A DNA stretch of 64,000 bases from Nostoc sp. (GCA_036918135.1 JBALDB010000011.1:96001-160000), one strand, 5' to 3'; positions 9,751 to 20,590 are shown, counted from the first letter of the stretch. Program-made: numbers and translations. The notes: a model not told the origin generated them from the letters alone.

Positions 9751-10407
9751 TTACTTTATTGCTACGCCGATAATATGTGGACTGACAATCGGCAATTTGA
9801 CCTCAAAATGCTCATAATTGACGCTGCTAAAACCAGCCTTTTCTAAGGCTATCCAAGTTTCTCGATTTGGATGACAATTATCACCTAACCTTTTCCAAAT
9901 CGGACTAATTGTATTTTGCACTTTTCGCAAGAAACTTCCTTGAGGTGCAGCGATGTGTTCAATAAATAATAAGCGTCCACCTGGTTTGAGTACTCTTAAA
10001 ATTGCCTGTAATGTATAGTTGATATTTGGCACTGAGCATAAAACTAAAGTAGTCACAACTGTATCTATACTATTATCTTCAAAATCTAGCCATTCAACAT
10101 TACCAATGCGGAGGTCGATATTTAAACCGAGTTTTTTTGCTTGTTTTTGGAGATAGGAATGCATTTGGAGATTTGGCTCGATTCCGATTAATTCAATATT
10201 TTGAGGATAGTAAGGTAAGTTAGAACCATTTCGGGGACTAATTTCTAATACTTTCCCTTGGAGATTAGCAAAAAGAGAGCGTTTGCGATCGCCTAGAACT
10301 CTCTCATAAGTATTGCTTTGTTGAGCTATCATCCCAGCAAAAAGTTTTTTACCTAAATTGGCATAAATTTGATTTGGTAATTCTCTAGAAATTTGGTTTA
10401 CATTCAT
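9751..10407 (-). CDS. Class I SAM-dependent methyltransferase (METTL7-like)
   Basis: DTVVTTLVLCSVP and RVLKPGGRLLFIEH. Motif I is degenerate (VLEISPRNG). Confidence 0.85.
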   Translation of the reverse strand: MNVNQISRELPNQIYANLGKKLFAGMIAQQSNTYERVLGDRKRSLFANLQGKVLEISPRNGSNLPYYPQNIELIGIEPNLQMHSYLQKQAKKLGLNIDLRIGNVEWLDFEDNSIDTVVTTLVLCSVPNINYTLQAILRVLKPGGRLLFIEHIAAPQGSFLRKVQNTISPIWKRLGDNCHPNRETWIALEKAGFSSVNYEHFEVKLPIVSPHIIGVAIK

Positions 10408-10680
10408 TATCCACTTCCTATTTTTGAGACTATAAATTTGTGTATCAATTAACTATTTACAGCCTCAAGATATAATATTTATTTTTCTAACACTTCACCC
10501 ATCTGACTCACCTGATTGGGTGATTTTCATCAATTTAGATATATATGACTTGCTATAGCAATCTGATTTTATTTTTCTAAAAATTTCAGTAGGGTGCGTC
10601 AGCCTCTGACATAACGCACCAAAACCTTCGCACTATTCAATCATGTAGTTTTTTAGTTGGAATTCCTAAACCAAATTGGA

Positions 10681-10941
10681 TCATGCATGAAGGTTCGCTT
10701 GTTCTTGCAACCAAGGATCTACAGGTTGTCCATCTTTGCGGCGTAATTCAATCTCTACTACCATCACTTGTTTGGAACCAGGAGGCGCAGGTTTTTGATG
10801 GAAAATAATGTCATAATCTGATGGATTGTGTTGGCGTTCTTTCAACCAATCCTGTACTTTGGTTGTGGCAAATAATGATTGTCCTTGCTCAAACATCCGG
10901 GTAATCTGCATTTGCAATGTATAGGGATTTATGCGACCCAT
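10681..10941 (-). CDS. Small hypothetical protein, probably conserved in cyanobacteria
   Basis: 86-aa ATG ORF with GGTAG upstream and globular composition. Confidence 0.7.
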   Translation of the reverse strand: MGRINPYTLQMQITRMFEQGQSLFATTKVQDWLKERQHNPSDYDIIFHQKPAPPGSKQVMVVEIELRRKDGQPVDPWLQEQANLHA

Positions 10942-11263
10942 TTTCTACCGCCTTTGTAAATAAATTTTAGGCAAAGTAATCTGCTTGTTTTATCTAATCT
11001 GATGTTAATTTAACGATGGCAAGATGGCTACTCACTCTCAAGAAGTATCTCCACTACATCTGTGGTAAAAGTCTTTTTCCAGTTTTACTCATAAGTAGAT
11101 AATGTAAAAAATTAGTTCTTCCAATAGACGTAGTTACTGAGATACAAGCTATCACACGATGAACTCAACGCCTAAGCTTTAGTATATTTCACCAGATTAC
11201 TACTTAATTTTGTTATAGATTGGAGAGAGGCACGCCGCTTCAAGAACTGACCAAGAGATTGAG

Positions 11264-13342
11264 ATGGTTGTTATGAAGACCAAAAATCAAGCTATTTTCG
11301 CTTTATTTGTAAAAAGCGCTATTATCTTTTTACCTTTACTACTACCTGCTAGTATTGCCAGTGGACAATCTGCACCATCATCTAAACCAGCAATAACTCC
11401 TGCTGTGGTGTTATCAAATCAGGAACGAGAAGAATTAACGCGATTACGAGCGGAAAAGGAAGTTCAATCTGATTTAAAGAGAGCTTTTAGCCGTACAACT
11501 ATTTTAATTAATATCTGGCTATTTATATTAAGTTTATTTCCGTTGGCGATTATTGCTTCACTTTGGCTATTACGACGAGCTATCATCCGTGAAGTTGTTG
11601 ATAGAGCGATGCAACAAATAGATGGAGTAGAAAAATTACAAAATCAGCTAATTACTGTGAAGCAAGATGCACAAAATATTATTCAAGAAACCAATAAAAT
11701 AAATTATGAATTACAAGAGGAAACTGCTGCTCTCAAACAAAAAATTAAACATCAAGCAGAAAATTTATCTTTTGCGACATCTGATATAGATTTAGCTAAA
11801 ACAGAGATATTAAATAAATTAGAAGCTGAAATCAAAAACTCTCAAGAAAATATTGAATCTTTAAAGTCGAAATTTACTTCTAAGTTAGATAACTTAGAGT
11901 TGGAAACTCAACAACAAAGAGATTTAGCACTGCAAAATATCACAAAACTAGCATCTAGTTTATCCAAAGAATTGTCTAATTTAAAGTTGAGCGTACAACA
12001 ACAGAAAGAATTAGCCATTACTGATTTAGAACTATCAAGGTCTGAATTCACATCTCAACTTTCTGGATGGCAATCTGATACTCAACAGCAAAAAGATATG
12101 ATTTTTGAAAGTTTAATCAAATTGCAGTCAGAATTTGCTTCTCAACTATCTCAGTTAGAAATAGATGCTCAACAGCAAAGAAATTTGACGTCTGAAAAAT
12201 TAGATAATCAATTTCAAACTCAATTATCTGAATTACAAGCAGAAGCTCAAGAGCAAAAAAAGAAAATTATTGATAATTTAACAGTTTTACAATCAGAATT
12301 TGCTGCTGAATTATCTCAATTAAAAGTAGACGCTCAAAAATCTCAAGAGTTAATTGTTGAAAATTTAGAAAAATCTGGTTATGAGTTTACTTCGCAATTT
12401 TCAGAATTGCAATTGAATGCCCAACAACAAAAGATTCTCATTTTAGAGAAGTTAGAGAAATTAGAAACAGAGTTTGTCTCTCAACTATCTGAGTTACAAA
12501 TGGATGCCCAACAAAGAAAAGATATTATTCTTCGGGAATTGATTGAGATGACATCTGCATCGATTCCAGAAAATGTGAATTCTGAAGTTGAAGAAACAAA
12601 ACAAGAACAGCTACAACAGCCGGAATTCACTGCTGAAGAGTATGTAAAACAGGGAGATGTGCTGTTTTCTGAAAGACGTTATGAAGATGCGATCGCCACT
12701 TACAATCAAGCAGTTAAAATTCAATCTAATGACCCTGTGATTTGGTTAAAACGCGGCTTAACTCTCGCAAGATTAAAACGCTACAAAGATGCGATCGCCT
12801 CCTACGACCGAGCAATTCAGATTCAACCAGAATATCATCAAGCTTGGTGCGATCGCGGTGTTGCTTTTGGTAATTTACAACAGCATCAGCAAGCTTTTAC
12901 ATCATTTGATAAAGCTACACAAATTAAACCTGACGATGCAATTGCTTGGTTGAATCGCGGTCTTTCCCTAATAGCATTAGAACAATATGAAGAAGCAATC
13001 CCATCTTTGGAAAAAGCTCTGGAATTTCAACCAAATTCTCCCAAAATCTGGGATAAACACGGTTATACTTTAGTTAGACTCGGACGCGATGAGGAAGCGA
13101 TCGCTAGTTTTAACAAAGCATTAGAAATTAAGCCAGATTATGCTAGTGCCTATTACAACAAAGCAGCCTGTTACGCACTCCAAAGACAAGTTGAACTATC
13201 TCTAGAAACCCTGCAACAAGCAATTGAACTTAATCCCAGATACAAACAAGAAGCAGCAACCGACCTAGATTTTGATGATATTGCTAGCGATGAGCGCTTT
13301 CGGCAATTAATTGCACAATCCAATACAATTGCGGAGTCATAA
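11264..13342 (+). CDS. Membrane-anchored coiled-coil repeat protein with C-terminal TPRs
   Basis: Signal-like segment and TM helix, about 33-aa repeats (SEFxSQLSELQxDAQQQK) and about 6 TPRs (YEDAIATYNQAVKIQ...). Confidence 0.9.
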   Translation: MVVMKTKNQAIFALFVKSAIIFLPLLLPASIASGQSAPSSKPAITPAVVLSNQEREELTRLRAEKEVQSDLKRAFSRTTILINIWLFILSLFPLAIIASLWLLRRAIIREVVDRAMQQIDGVEKLQNQLITVKQDAQNIIQETNKINYELQEETAALKQKIKHQAENLSFATSDIDLAKTEILNKLEAEIKNSQENIESLKSKFTSKLDNLELETQQQRDLALQNITKLASSLSKELSNLKLSVQQQKELAITDLELSRSEFTSQLSGWQSDTQQQKDMIFESLIKLQSEFASQLSQLEIDAQQQRNLTSEKLDNQFQTQLSELQAEAQEQKKKIIDNLTVLQSEFAAELSQLKVDAQKSQELIVENLEKSGYEFTSQFSELQLNAQQQKILILEKLEKLETEFVSQLSELQMDAQQRKDIILRELIEMTSASIPENVNSEVEETKQEQLQQPEFTAEEYVKQGDVLFSERRYEDAIATYNQAVKIQSNDPVIWLKRGLTLARLKRYKDAIASYDRAIQIQPEYHQAWCDRGVAFGNLQQHQQAFTSFDKATQIKPDDAIAWLNRGLSLIALEQYEEAIPSLEKALEFQPNSPKIWDKHGYTLVRLGRDEEAIASFNKALEIKPDYASAYYNKAACYALQRQVELSLETLQQAIELNPRYKQEAATDLDFDDIASDERFRQLIAQSNTIAES

Positions 13343-13360
13343 TTGAGAATTCAGAAGTAA

Positions 13361-13497
13361 TACAGCAGTTTTCATTTGCATGAAGTACAAAGTTACGGGT
13401 TTTGAGGCAGTTCTTGCTGGGGGCAGGAGGTAGAAACTCATTATCTCTCATGAATCAGTCCTGGATTTTGTACCTCACTTACTTGCAATCTGCTGTA
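13361..13497. mobile_element. MITE-like element
   Basis: Inverted ends TACAGCAG...CTGCTGTA, with internal GTACAAA/TTTGTAC symmetry. Confidence 0.6.
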
Positions 13498-13610
13498 TCA
13501 AGTTCGGCTAATTACTTACAATATGGTTGGTCTTTCTGGTAATTGGGAAAAAGGTAATTGAGAATTGAAGTTTACCCATTACCCAGTTGCGCCCTCGCGC
13601 AGCCGAAGCG

Positions 13611-14387
13611 TTACCCATTACCCACTCCCCATTCTCCACTCTTTACTTCCTGCTCTCCAGACATCGCTTTGAGTTTAGACGTGAAAGACTCAGAGCGATC
13701 GCTTTTTTCTGGGGTAAATTGCCCTATTGGCGGACGAATAGGCGCAGGTGGTAGCAGTTTTGGCCGTTGATCGGAGACTGGAGATGCACTTTCTGGTGAA
13801 TTTTGCCTTTGGCTAACAGCAGGCGGTAACTCAAGCGTTGCCAAAGAAGCTGAGTCACCAGCAGGGGTAAGTTTGAGAGGGCTTTTATTCTCCCTAGCTT
13901 CCTGCTTATCTTCTTCACCTAAAGATGTCTTTTGTTCGTAACCTTTTAGTTGTAGAGTTGTAGTACTACTTTTTTGATGACCATTGCTAACTTTTCCAGG
14001 TGGTAATTGAGGCTTCGTTACTTGCTCTAAAGTCGGGTTTTTCTTGGCTGGCGGTAGGGCTGGCGCAGCTGATGAGGTTAGGCTTTGAGGAAACTTGCTA
14101 CAAATCATCCGTTCAAATTCCATATTGAAATGATATGTAGCCTGTTCCCGGCGCTGCCAAAATACTAAGATTTGCTGCACAGAAACCGCTTTATAACGAC
14201 CTTGATACAGTGCTTCAATCACTGCCAAGTGTAGCCAATTGAGCGGGTATTCTGCTTGCCAACGTTCAACTAGCTCATTGGCAGTATACCCACTGAGATC
14301 AAAACTGTAGTGAATTAATAACGCGATCGCCAAATTGGCAGAAGTGTCTGGAAGTGGTGTTAACATGCGGCAGTTAGCTTTTGGCAA
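13611..14387 (-). CDS. Hypothetical protein (helical N-domain, Pro/Ser-rich tail)
   Basis: LAVIEALYQGRYKAVSVQQIL region. The C-terminus runs into STRR repeats. The start may be at the second Met (14369). Confidence 0.75.
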   Translation of the reverse strand: MPKANCRMLTPLPDTSANLAIALLIHYSFDLSGYTANELVERWQAEYPLNWLHLAVIEALYQGRYKAVSVQQILVFWQRREQATYHFNMEFERMICSKFPQSLTSSAAPALPPAKKNPTLEQVTKPQLPPGKVSNGHQKSSTTTLQLKGYEQKTSLGEEDKQEARENKSPLKLTPAGDSASLATLELPPAVSQRQNSPESASPVSDQRPKLLPPAPIRPPIGQFTPEKSDRSESFTSKLKAMSGEQEVKSGEWGVGNG

Positions 14388-14658
14388 TAGGTTTAAAATT
14401 TTTCACCCATCGCATATAGCCTATCGTGCTTTTAACTACATGGTTTTTCCCAGAGTTTTCAAGTCAATAGGCAGTGTTTCCTATTCTACTTGCCAAATTT
14501 TCAGATGCAAGTGTCTATAGAGTGATTTTATAGTTATTGTTATTACTAACAGACTTCCAGTTAAAAAATATCCCATCTTTGGGGCGCAAGGCTTAGCGCC
14601 CCTAATAGCTGTGTGTCCCTACCGTGCATTGTATCCATCCAAGCTTACAAATCCCCCA

Positions 14659-16182
14659 CTAAATCGCTGATAACTGTTCACTGTTCGCCGATTTAATTGC
14701 AGATGCCCGCCCAATGGCGACTAAAGCCTGATAAACCATCGCTACAACTTCAGCGCATGTTGCCGCACGTAATGGTGCAAGCAGTTTCGAGTCTGGGTAG
14801 TTGACAATTATTCTTTGATGTGTCGCAGTAGCAACAGCTTTTTGGGCATATTCGGGAATGGTATGACGATCGCTATACACTTCTAAATCGTTATCAGCCT
14901 GTGGTAGTCCCAGTCCGTTAACTAAAGAGACAATCACCTGTAGGCGTTGCACATTTTGAGCGGGACGGAAAGTGCGATCGCTAAAGCCGCCAACAAAGCC
15001 ACCCTTAGCCGCAATTTGGATAGCATCATACGCCCAAAAATCCTGAGTTACATCCGTAAAATCCTGTGCTGAACGTTTAGCAGTCGGTTGAAAAGCAACC
15101 GCCACTAAAGCCGCATACTGAGCGCGAGTCATTAGTTTATCTGGCTCATAGTTACCACCGACAAAACCGTGAATTAAATCCATACTCAGCAATGCCTGAA
15201 TAAAGGGGTCTGCCCAATGGTCATCTAATTGAAGAGAGGCGATAACGCTCTGAGGCTCTGACGCGCCGACTGTTTGTAATAAATTCCCCACCTCCTCTTT
15301 CCCTGGGAGCAATTCCACCAAGCCCCTAATAAGAGCAGGATTTAACTGATTACCTACAGAAACAAGCTTTTGTGTAGTCAAATTCTGTAAATCAAATTCA
15401 CCATTATCACGAAAAATATTGTCACCGGGATCGTCGCTACTACCTAAATCAGGGACTGCATTGCCATTGACCAACAAACCTCCTTGGGTATTTTTAATAA
15501 TGAGATTTTGACGCAGCATAGGACGGGCGTTGCGAGAAAGTGCGATCGCCGTGCGATTTTCTGATAGTTTATTATTGGCGATCGCAGCAGCCGCAAAATC
15601 ACTAATTACTATCCCCAAAGGGTTTCTTTGAAATACATTCCCTAACACTTCTCCCTGGCTATGACCTGCCATTACTAACCCGCTGGCAGTATTTTGCACA
15701 AATACATTATCCAAAATAGTTGGTTTAGCAGTACCAGTGGCAAATACACCTTCCCGCCCACAGTTACTTAAAGTATTGTTGGCTAAAGTAGGTGCAGCCG
15801 ATTCAATCCAAATACCAGTACCTTTTGTCGAGGAATTGCTAACAGTTATACCTACAACACTAGCATTTTCTAACAACAGCAGCGCGATATTTTGCATTCC
15901 GAAGCTGTCACTTTTATACTCGCCACCCCCAGAAATTACAATCCCCGCTCCTTTGTTAGCTTCATTACCTACCACCTTCACTCCTCCACGGATAACTAGA
16001 GGAAATACCTCGCCACTAGCGACGCTGTAAGTCCCAGATCCTAAATGAACGATCGTCGGGATTTTGGTTACTTTTAAAGCACGGGTGAAGCTTTTAAACG
16101 GACTTAACCGGGAACCAATATTAGTATCATTCCCTGTCATCGGGTTGACATAGAGTGTGAGAACAAGGGTAGAGTTCACCAT
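14659..16182 (-). CDS. DUF1565 beta-helix protein with S-layer homology (SLH) domains
   Basis: LYVNPMTGND...GEVFPL N-terminus, parallel beta-helix repeats and SLH motifs (HWADPFI, MTRAQYA, TFRPAQNVQR). Start placed at MVNST (16182). Confidence 0.88.
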   Translation of the reverse strand: MVNSTLVLTLYVNPMTGNDTNIGSRLSPFKSFTRALKVTKIPTIVHLGSGTYSVASGEVFPLVIRGGVKVVGNEANKGAGIVISGGGEYKSDSFGMQNIALLLLENASVVGITVSNSSTKGTGIWIESAAPTLANNTLSNCGREGVFATGTAKPTILDNVFVQNTASGLVMAGHSQGEVLGNVFQRNPLGIVISDFAAAAIANNKLSENRTAIALSRNARPMLRQNLIIKNTQGGLLVNGNAVPDLGSSDDPGDNIFRDNGEFDLQNLTTQKLVSVGNQLNPALIRGLVELLPGKEEVGNLLQTVGASEPQSVIASLQLDDHWADPFIQALLSMDLIHGFVGGNYEPDKLMTRAQYAALVAVAFQPTAKRSAQDFTDVTQDFWAYDAIQIAAKGGFVGGFSDRTFRPAQNVQRLQVIVSLVNGLGLPQADNDLEVYSDRHTIPEYAQKAVATATHQRIIVNYPDSKLLAPLRAATCAEVVAMVYQALVAIGRASAIKSANSEQLSAI

Positions 16183-16527
16183 TGATGATTGAGAGTCAGT
16201 TGTTTTAATTATGACAATCATAAATAACACGACTTCTAGCAAACTTTGTGAAAGTAGTATCTCTGTATGTAGAAAATGTATCCGCTTTACCCTTTCTTTC
16301 AAGCAGATAACGTCTACACAAAAGTTATAGACTCTCATGCAACATTCCAAGTTCTCATCTTGGCGTTCTGAGTTTACAAGCTCAAAGTTTCAAGTAACTA
16401 TGCAGTTCTCGTTTGGATGAAATACGCTTCAAGTAATAACTGTTACAGAACATGAGTTCAACAAACTTCACCTCCCGTGCAAAGGCTAGGCTGGTATAAA
16501 CTAAGTCTGTTGAGCGATTATGCCAAT

Positions 16528-16695
16528 ACATCGCCCTGCAATTTGATTGCATCGCTCTGCAATACGAATGCATCGACCTGCAATTTGATTGCATTGACCT
16601 GTAATTTAATTGCATCGACCTGCAATACGAATGTATCGACCTGCAATGCGATTGCATCGACCTGCAATGCGATTGCATCGACCTGCAATTCAATA
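16528..16695. repeat. Eight degenerate 21-bp tandem repeats
   Basis: Consensus GCATCGACCTGCAATDYGAWT, 8 contiguous units. Confidence 0.9.
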
Positions 16696-16775
16696 CCCGT
16701 AAAAAGTTCGCTTAAATTGGTATAAGTATTGTGGTAACATCACTAGGAATCAAACCGTACAACAGAACGTAGTAT

Positions 16776-18125
16776 ATGATTAGTTTACGCTTACCCTCTC
16801 TTCACTACTTGCGTACATTTGCGATCGCACTCTCTTTGTTGACTGCTCAAGATTTAGCAGTTGCCCAGCAACCACCATCGTTTGATGGTGATTTTGAAAA
16901 CGGTTTAGGTAGCGGCTTTCGGGTTGAATCTTGTTGTTCTCATTCATTCTCTACAGTACCTACAATTACTCGGCATGGGAGTTACGGAGCCAGATTTGAG
17001 CTTAGAAGAACCGATCCTGATGTAGCAACAAGTAGAAGAGTGGAAGCAAAAACAACTTTTCCTTTGCAGCAAGAAATGTGGTTTAACCTTAATTATTTGT
17101 TTCCACAAGACTACACACCTGAGAATTCTAGTGAAATTATCGCCCAGTGGCACGATCTTCCTGATAAAGGGGAGGCTTGGCAAATGCCATCGCTTAATTT
17201 ATGGGTTTCAAATAACAAAATTCATCTTACAAATCGATGGCAGCTGAAAAAAATTGGCGATCAAAACAAATTTGATGGTCAATTAAGCTATGATTTAGGA
17301 GATATCAAGCGTAATCGTTGGACAAATATTGTTGTTCATATTAAATGGGCACTTGATAATACCGGATTAATTGAAGTATGGCGGGATGGTTTTAAGAAGG
17401 TTAATCAAGTAGGTCCTAATCGCTATAATGACGATCTCTATCCTTATCTAAAATTTGGGATTTATAAATTCGATTGGAAAACCAAACCTCAAGCTTCAAC
17501 GTTGAATACTCGAGTACTTTATATTGATGATGTTCGAGTTGGTTTTAAAGACTCAAATTATGCTAAGATGAGTACCGTCGGTACTTTCTACATAAAGGAT
17601 TTCTTCACTTCAACAATAGATCCGTTTGAGGTAATAACAGGAGGGGCATGGCTTCGCCGTTTAGAACGTTACGATCTTGCATCGCCTGTACAATCAAACG
17701 GCTCGGTGACTACTAACCTCACTCTTCATCAAAAAACTGTTCCTACTAATTTCAATTTAAAGGTAGATGCTCAAGTTAACTCCCCTAGTAGTACAGGAGA
17801 TTATTCGATAGTCTTTAATTATAAAGATTTAAATAATTTTTCTTATATAAATTTTAGTTTAGTTAATCGTAGAGGGTCTAATGGAATATTTACTGTGAAA
17901 AATGGAGCTTTGACAACGCTTGCAGTATTTACTTCACCAATACAGGCTGGCCAATGGGATCATCTTGAGCTTAAACAAGTTGGCTCTACGATTGATGTGT
18001 GGAAGAATAGTAAGTTAATCGGACAAGCAACAACTAATGTGCCAATATCGGGACGTGTAGGGTTTAGTAGTTCTGGAAGTAATGTATCATTTGATAATTT
18101 ATTAGTGTATGAACTTCCAGAATAA
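16776..18125 (+). CDS. Secreted polysaccharide lyase-like (heparin lyase I-type) protein with a C-terminal jelly-roll (DUF1080-like) domain
   Basis: Signal peptide, ARFELR, IIAQWH, GLIEVWRDG and YLKFGIYK; C-terminal GRVGF...FDNLLV. Confidence 0.8.
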   Translation: MISLRLPSLHYLRTFAIALSLLTAQDLAVAQQPPSFDGDFENGLGSGFRVESCCSHSFSTVPTITRHGSYGARFELRRTDPDVATSRRVEAKTTFPLQQEMWFNLNYLFPQDYTPENSSEIIAQWHDLPDKGEAWQMPSLNLWVSNNKIHLTNRWQLKKIGDQNKFDGQLSYDLGDIKRNRWTNIVVHIKWALDNTGLIEVWRDGFKKVNQVGPNRYNDDLYPYLKFGIYKFDWKTKPQASTLNTRVLYIDDVRVGFKDSNYAKMSTVGTFYIKDFFTSTIDPFEVITGGAWLRRLERYDLASPVQSNGSVTTNLTLHQKTVPTNFNLKVDAQVNSPSSTGDYSIVFNYKDLNNFSYINFSLVNRRGSNGIFTVKNGALTTLAVFTSPIQAGQWDHLELKQVGSTIDVWKNSKLIGQATTNVPISGRVGFSSSGSNVSFDNLLVYELPE

Positions 18126-18140
18126 AATTTGCTTATTGGG

Positions 18141-18173
18141 CTTGAATAGTTGCTTTTAAAGTTGCTATTCAAG
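18141..18173 (+). terminator. Stem-loop downstream of the lyase gene
   Basis: CTTGAATAG...CTATTCAAG inverted repeat. Confidence 0.45.
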
Positions 18174-18340
18174 AACAATACTCCGGATAATTTTTAGTTG
18201 AGGAAATCGACAAAAAAGCTATCGAACCATTAAGGTGTTGTTATAACAAACAAGCACAGGCTCGATAGCTACATAGAAAATTGTACAAAGCTTACTAATC
18301 AAAATGGAGATTTCCTGCAAACCGCAGATGAAAGCATTAG

Positions 18341-18655
18341 AGTATTCAACCAATAGGTAACTCAGCAGATAAGGCATCATCCATTAATGCTCTGATAACT
18401 TTTCTAGCGAGCGGTTGTAAACAGGTAACAGAGAATAAAGGCTTAAAGTCTCCCTTGCGATCCCAAGTAGAAACGCTAGAAGCAACCTTAGAAGCTATGG
18501 GTAGTCCAACACCACAACAGTCAGCACTACTCAAGGTGACGATGGAAGGAAGAAAGTTAGAGTATCCAGCACGGTACAGTCAAAAAAAACTATTTGAACT
18601 CTACCGGGTTAAATGGCATTTAGATACAGCTTTAGAAATCCTGGGAATGCCCTAA
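18341..18655 (+). pseudogene. Possible gene remnant of unknown family
   Basis: Open frame from 18341 to the stop at 18655 with protein-like composition, but no convincing start. Confidence 0.3.
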
Positions 18656-18904
18656 ACCTTAATTACATAGCTAGAAAAGTACAGCGTTACACCGCTACAA
18701 CTGATTGATATTTAGCAAAGATTTTTGTCAATAGAATTAGAGCGATCGCCATTCCAAAACTCTAAATTTATACACTGCAAATATTACCAAAAATCAGATT
18801 GATTTTAATAATCAATGTTTGCAAAATATAAATTATCCTCCCCGCAAGTGAGAGTCCATTCCACATACAATAAAATCATAATTATTCAAGTGTAAGTAGC
18901 CAAA

Positions 18905-19237
18905 ATGACTGAAGAACAAAATCGTATCAATCGTATGGAAGACCAACTTATTGATATGCGTCTAGCAGTCAGCGCCCTTTTGGAAACTGTGACGCAGCAT
19001 CAACGTAACTTTGAGACTATACAGCGTAATTTTGAGACTATGCAGCGGAACTTTGATACTATTTTCACTGAAATTAGAGACATCCGTACTGATATGCAAG
19101 AAATGCGAGTTGATATGCAAGAAATGCGAGTTGATATGTTGCAAATGCAATCAGAAGTTAGGGGATTACAAACAGAAAATCGCCGCATTCTTGATATTTT
19201 ACAAAATCGCAATTCTGAAGATGATTCCTTGGCATAA
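18905..19237 (+). CDS. Small coiled-coil protein with heptad tandem repeats
   Basis: QRNFETI/M x3 and DMQEMRV repeats, from 21-bp DNA repeats. Confidence 0.8.
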   Translation: MTEEQNRINRMEDQLIDMRLAVSALLETVTQHQRNFETIQRNFETMQRNFDTIFTEIRDIRTDMQEMRVDMQEMRVDMLQMQSEVRGLQTENRRILDILQNRNSEDDSLA

Positions 19238-19276
19238 TAATAGAGACGTTGCATTGCAACGCCTCTGGATGAACTG

Positions 19277-20332
19277 TTAATTAAACTGTTCGATAATTCC
19301 GCCACCTAACACTTTTTCTCCGTCATACCACACCGCAGCTTGTCCGGGTGTGATGCTGAATTGAGGTTCATCAAACACCAAACGCACGCGGGAGTTTTCC
19401 AGAGGAATCACCGTCACTGGTGTAGGTGTGGAACGATAGCGAATTTGCACTTCGGCATGAATTGGGGTAGATGGTTCGGCGATAGAAACCCAATTTACTC
19501 GCCCCACACTACATTCTGGCTGAGTTACCAAAGTGCGATCGCCAACAACAACTCGATTATTCACTGCATCTAATTCAATCACATATAGCGGCTGGGAAGC
19601 AGCAATTCCCAAGCCTTTGCGCTGTCCAATTGTGTAGTGATGCACACCATCATGCTGTCCCAAAACTTTGCCAGTGGTATCCACAATATCGCCTGTTTTG
19701 GGAGCTAAATATTTATCCAAAAATGCGCGCATAGAACCGTTACTTTCTACTAAGCATAAGTCTTGACTTTCTGGTTTATCAGCAGTTTTTAAACCGTATT
19801 CAGCAGCAATCCGACGGGTATCAGTTTTTTCCAGTTCCCCTAAAGGAAAGATACTTGCCTCTAGTAAATCTTGAGATAAATCATAAAGAAAATAAGACTG
19901 GTCTTTGTTGCGGTCAACAGCTCGTAATAACTGATAACGCCCAGTAGCTTCGTCATAGTTAATTCGGGCATAATGACCAGTGGCAATGCGATCGCATCCC
20001 AAATGTTCGCGGGCATATTGCACCATTGGGCCAAACTTTACCGTTTTATTGCACTGAGAGCAAGGCAAAGGCGTGATCCCAGCACTGTAACCAGTCACCA
20101 AGAAATCGACAATATTTGTTTGGAAGACATCCCGAATATCCACAACCTCATGGGGAATGCCCAGTTGTTCGCAGATAATAGCCGCGTCGATCGTGCCTTC
20201 AGAGCAACATTGACCTTTGCCTTTCATCAGCCAAAGAGTCATACCAATTACTTCATAGCCCTGATGGTTCAGGATAGCAGCGGCGGTGGAACTGTCAACA
20301 CCACCAGAAAGACCAACGACGACTTTTTTCAT
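19277..20332 (-). CDS. mnmA: tRNA-specific 2-thiouridylase MnmA
   Basis: [26 protein letters not shown] and TPGQAAV. Start at MKKVVVG (20332). Confidence 0.97.
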   Translation of the reverse strand: MKKVVVGLSGGVDSSTAAAILNHQGYEVIGMTLWLMKGKGQCCSEGTIDAAIICEQLGIPHEVVDIRDVFQTNIVDFLVTGYSAGITPLPCSQCNKTVKFGPMVQYAREHLGCDRIATGHYARINYDEATGRYQLLRAVDRNKDQSYFLYDLSQDLLEASIFPLGELEKTDTRRIAAEYGLKTADKPESQDLCLVESNGSMRAFLDKYLAPKTGDIVDTTGKVLGQHDGVHHYTIGQRKGLGIAASQPLYVIELDAVNNRVVVGDRTLVTQPECSVGRVNWVSIAEPSTPIHAEVQIRYRSTPTPVTVIPLENSRVRLVFDEPQFSITPGQAAVWYDGEKVLGGGIIEQFN

Positions 20333-20590
20333 ACAAACCCAACACGGTAGTTGCGTAGTTGTCCAATTGTAGCACAGACTCTTCAAAGCCTTGCTAGTAA
20401 AGCATTTCAGTTGAGCAACAACCAAATAGAGAGTTGCTACTCGCTTGCTCATCTAAGATTAGTAACAGATGTATTGTTGAGAACCTAAATGAGGTAAGTT
20501 ATCACTAACGCTATATAGTTGCTACAACAGCAAACCAATTAGTTCCTGACGGCAATTGCTTAAAAATATTTAGATTACTTTCTAACTAAT

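Noticed and set aside
16183..16350. N-terminal extension of the DUF1565-SLH protein
   Set aside because: The domain starts near MVNST and the extension looks non-coding. The same reasoning was applied to the long starts of mnmA, nnr, lemA, PIG-L, the kinase and HTH-GrpE.
16528..16695. CRISPR array
   Set aside because: Units are contiguous 21-mers without 30-40-nt unique spacers, and no cas genes are present.
18341..18655. IS4/IS5 transposase remnant
   Set aside because: ADKAS and LYRVKWHLD only loosely resemble ADKxY/YREK motifs, with no clear DDE triad or TIRs.
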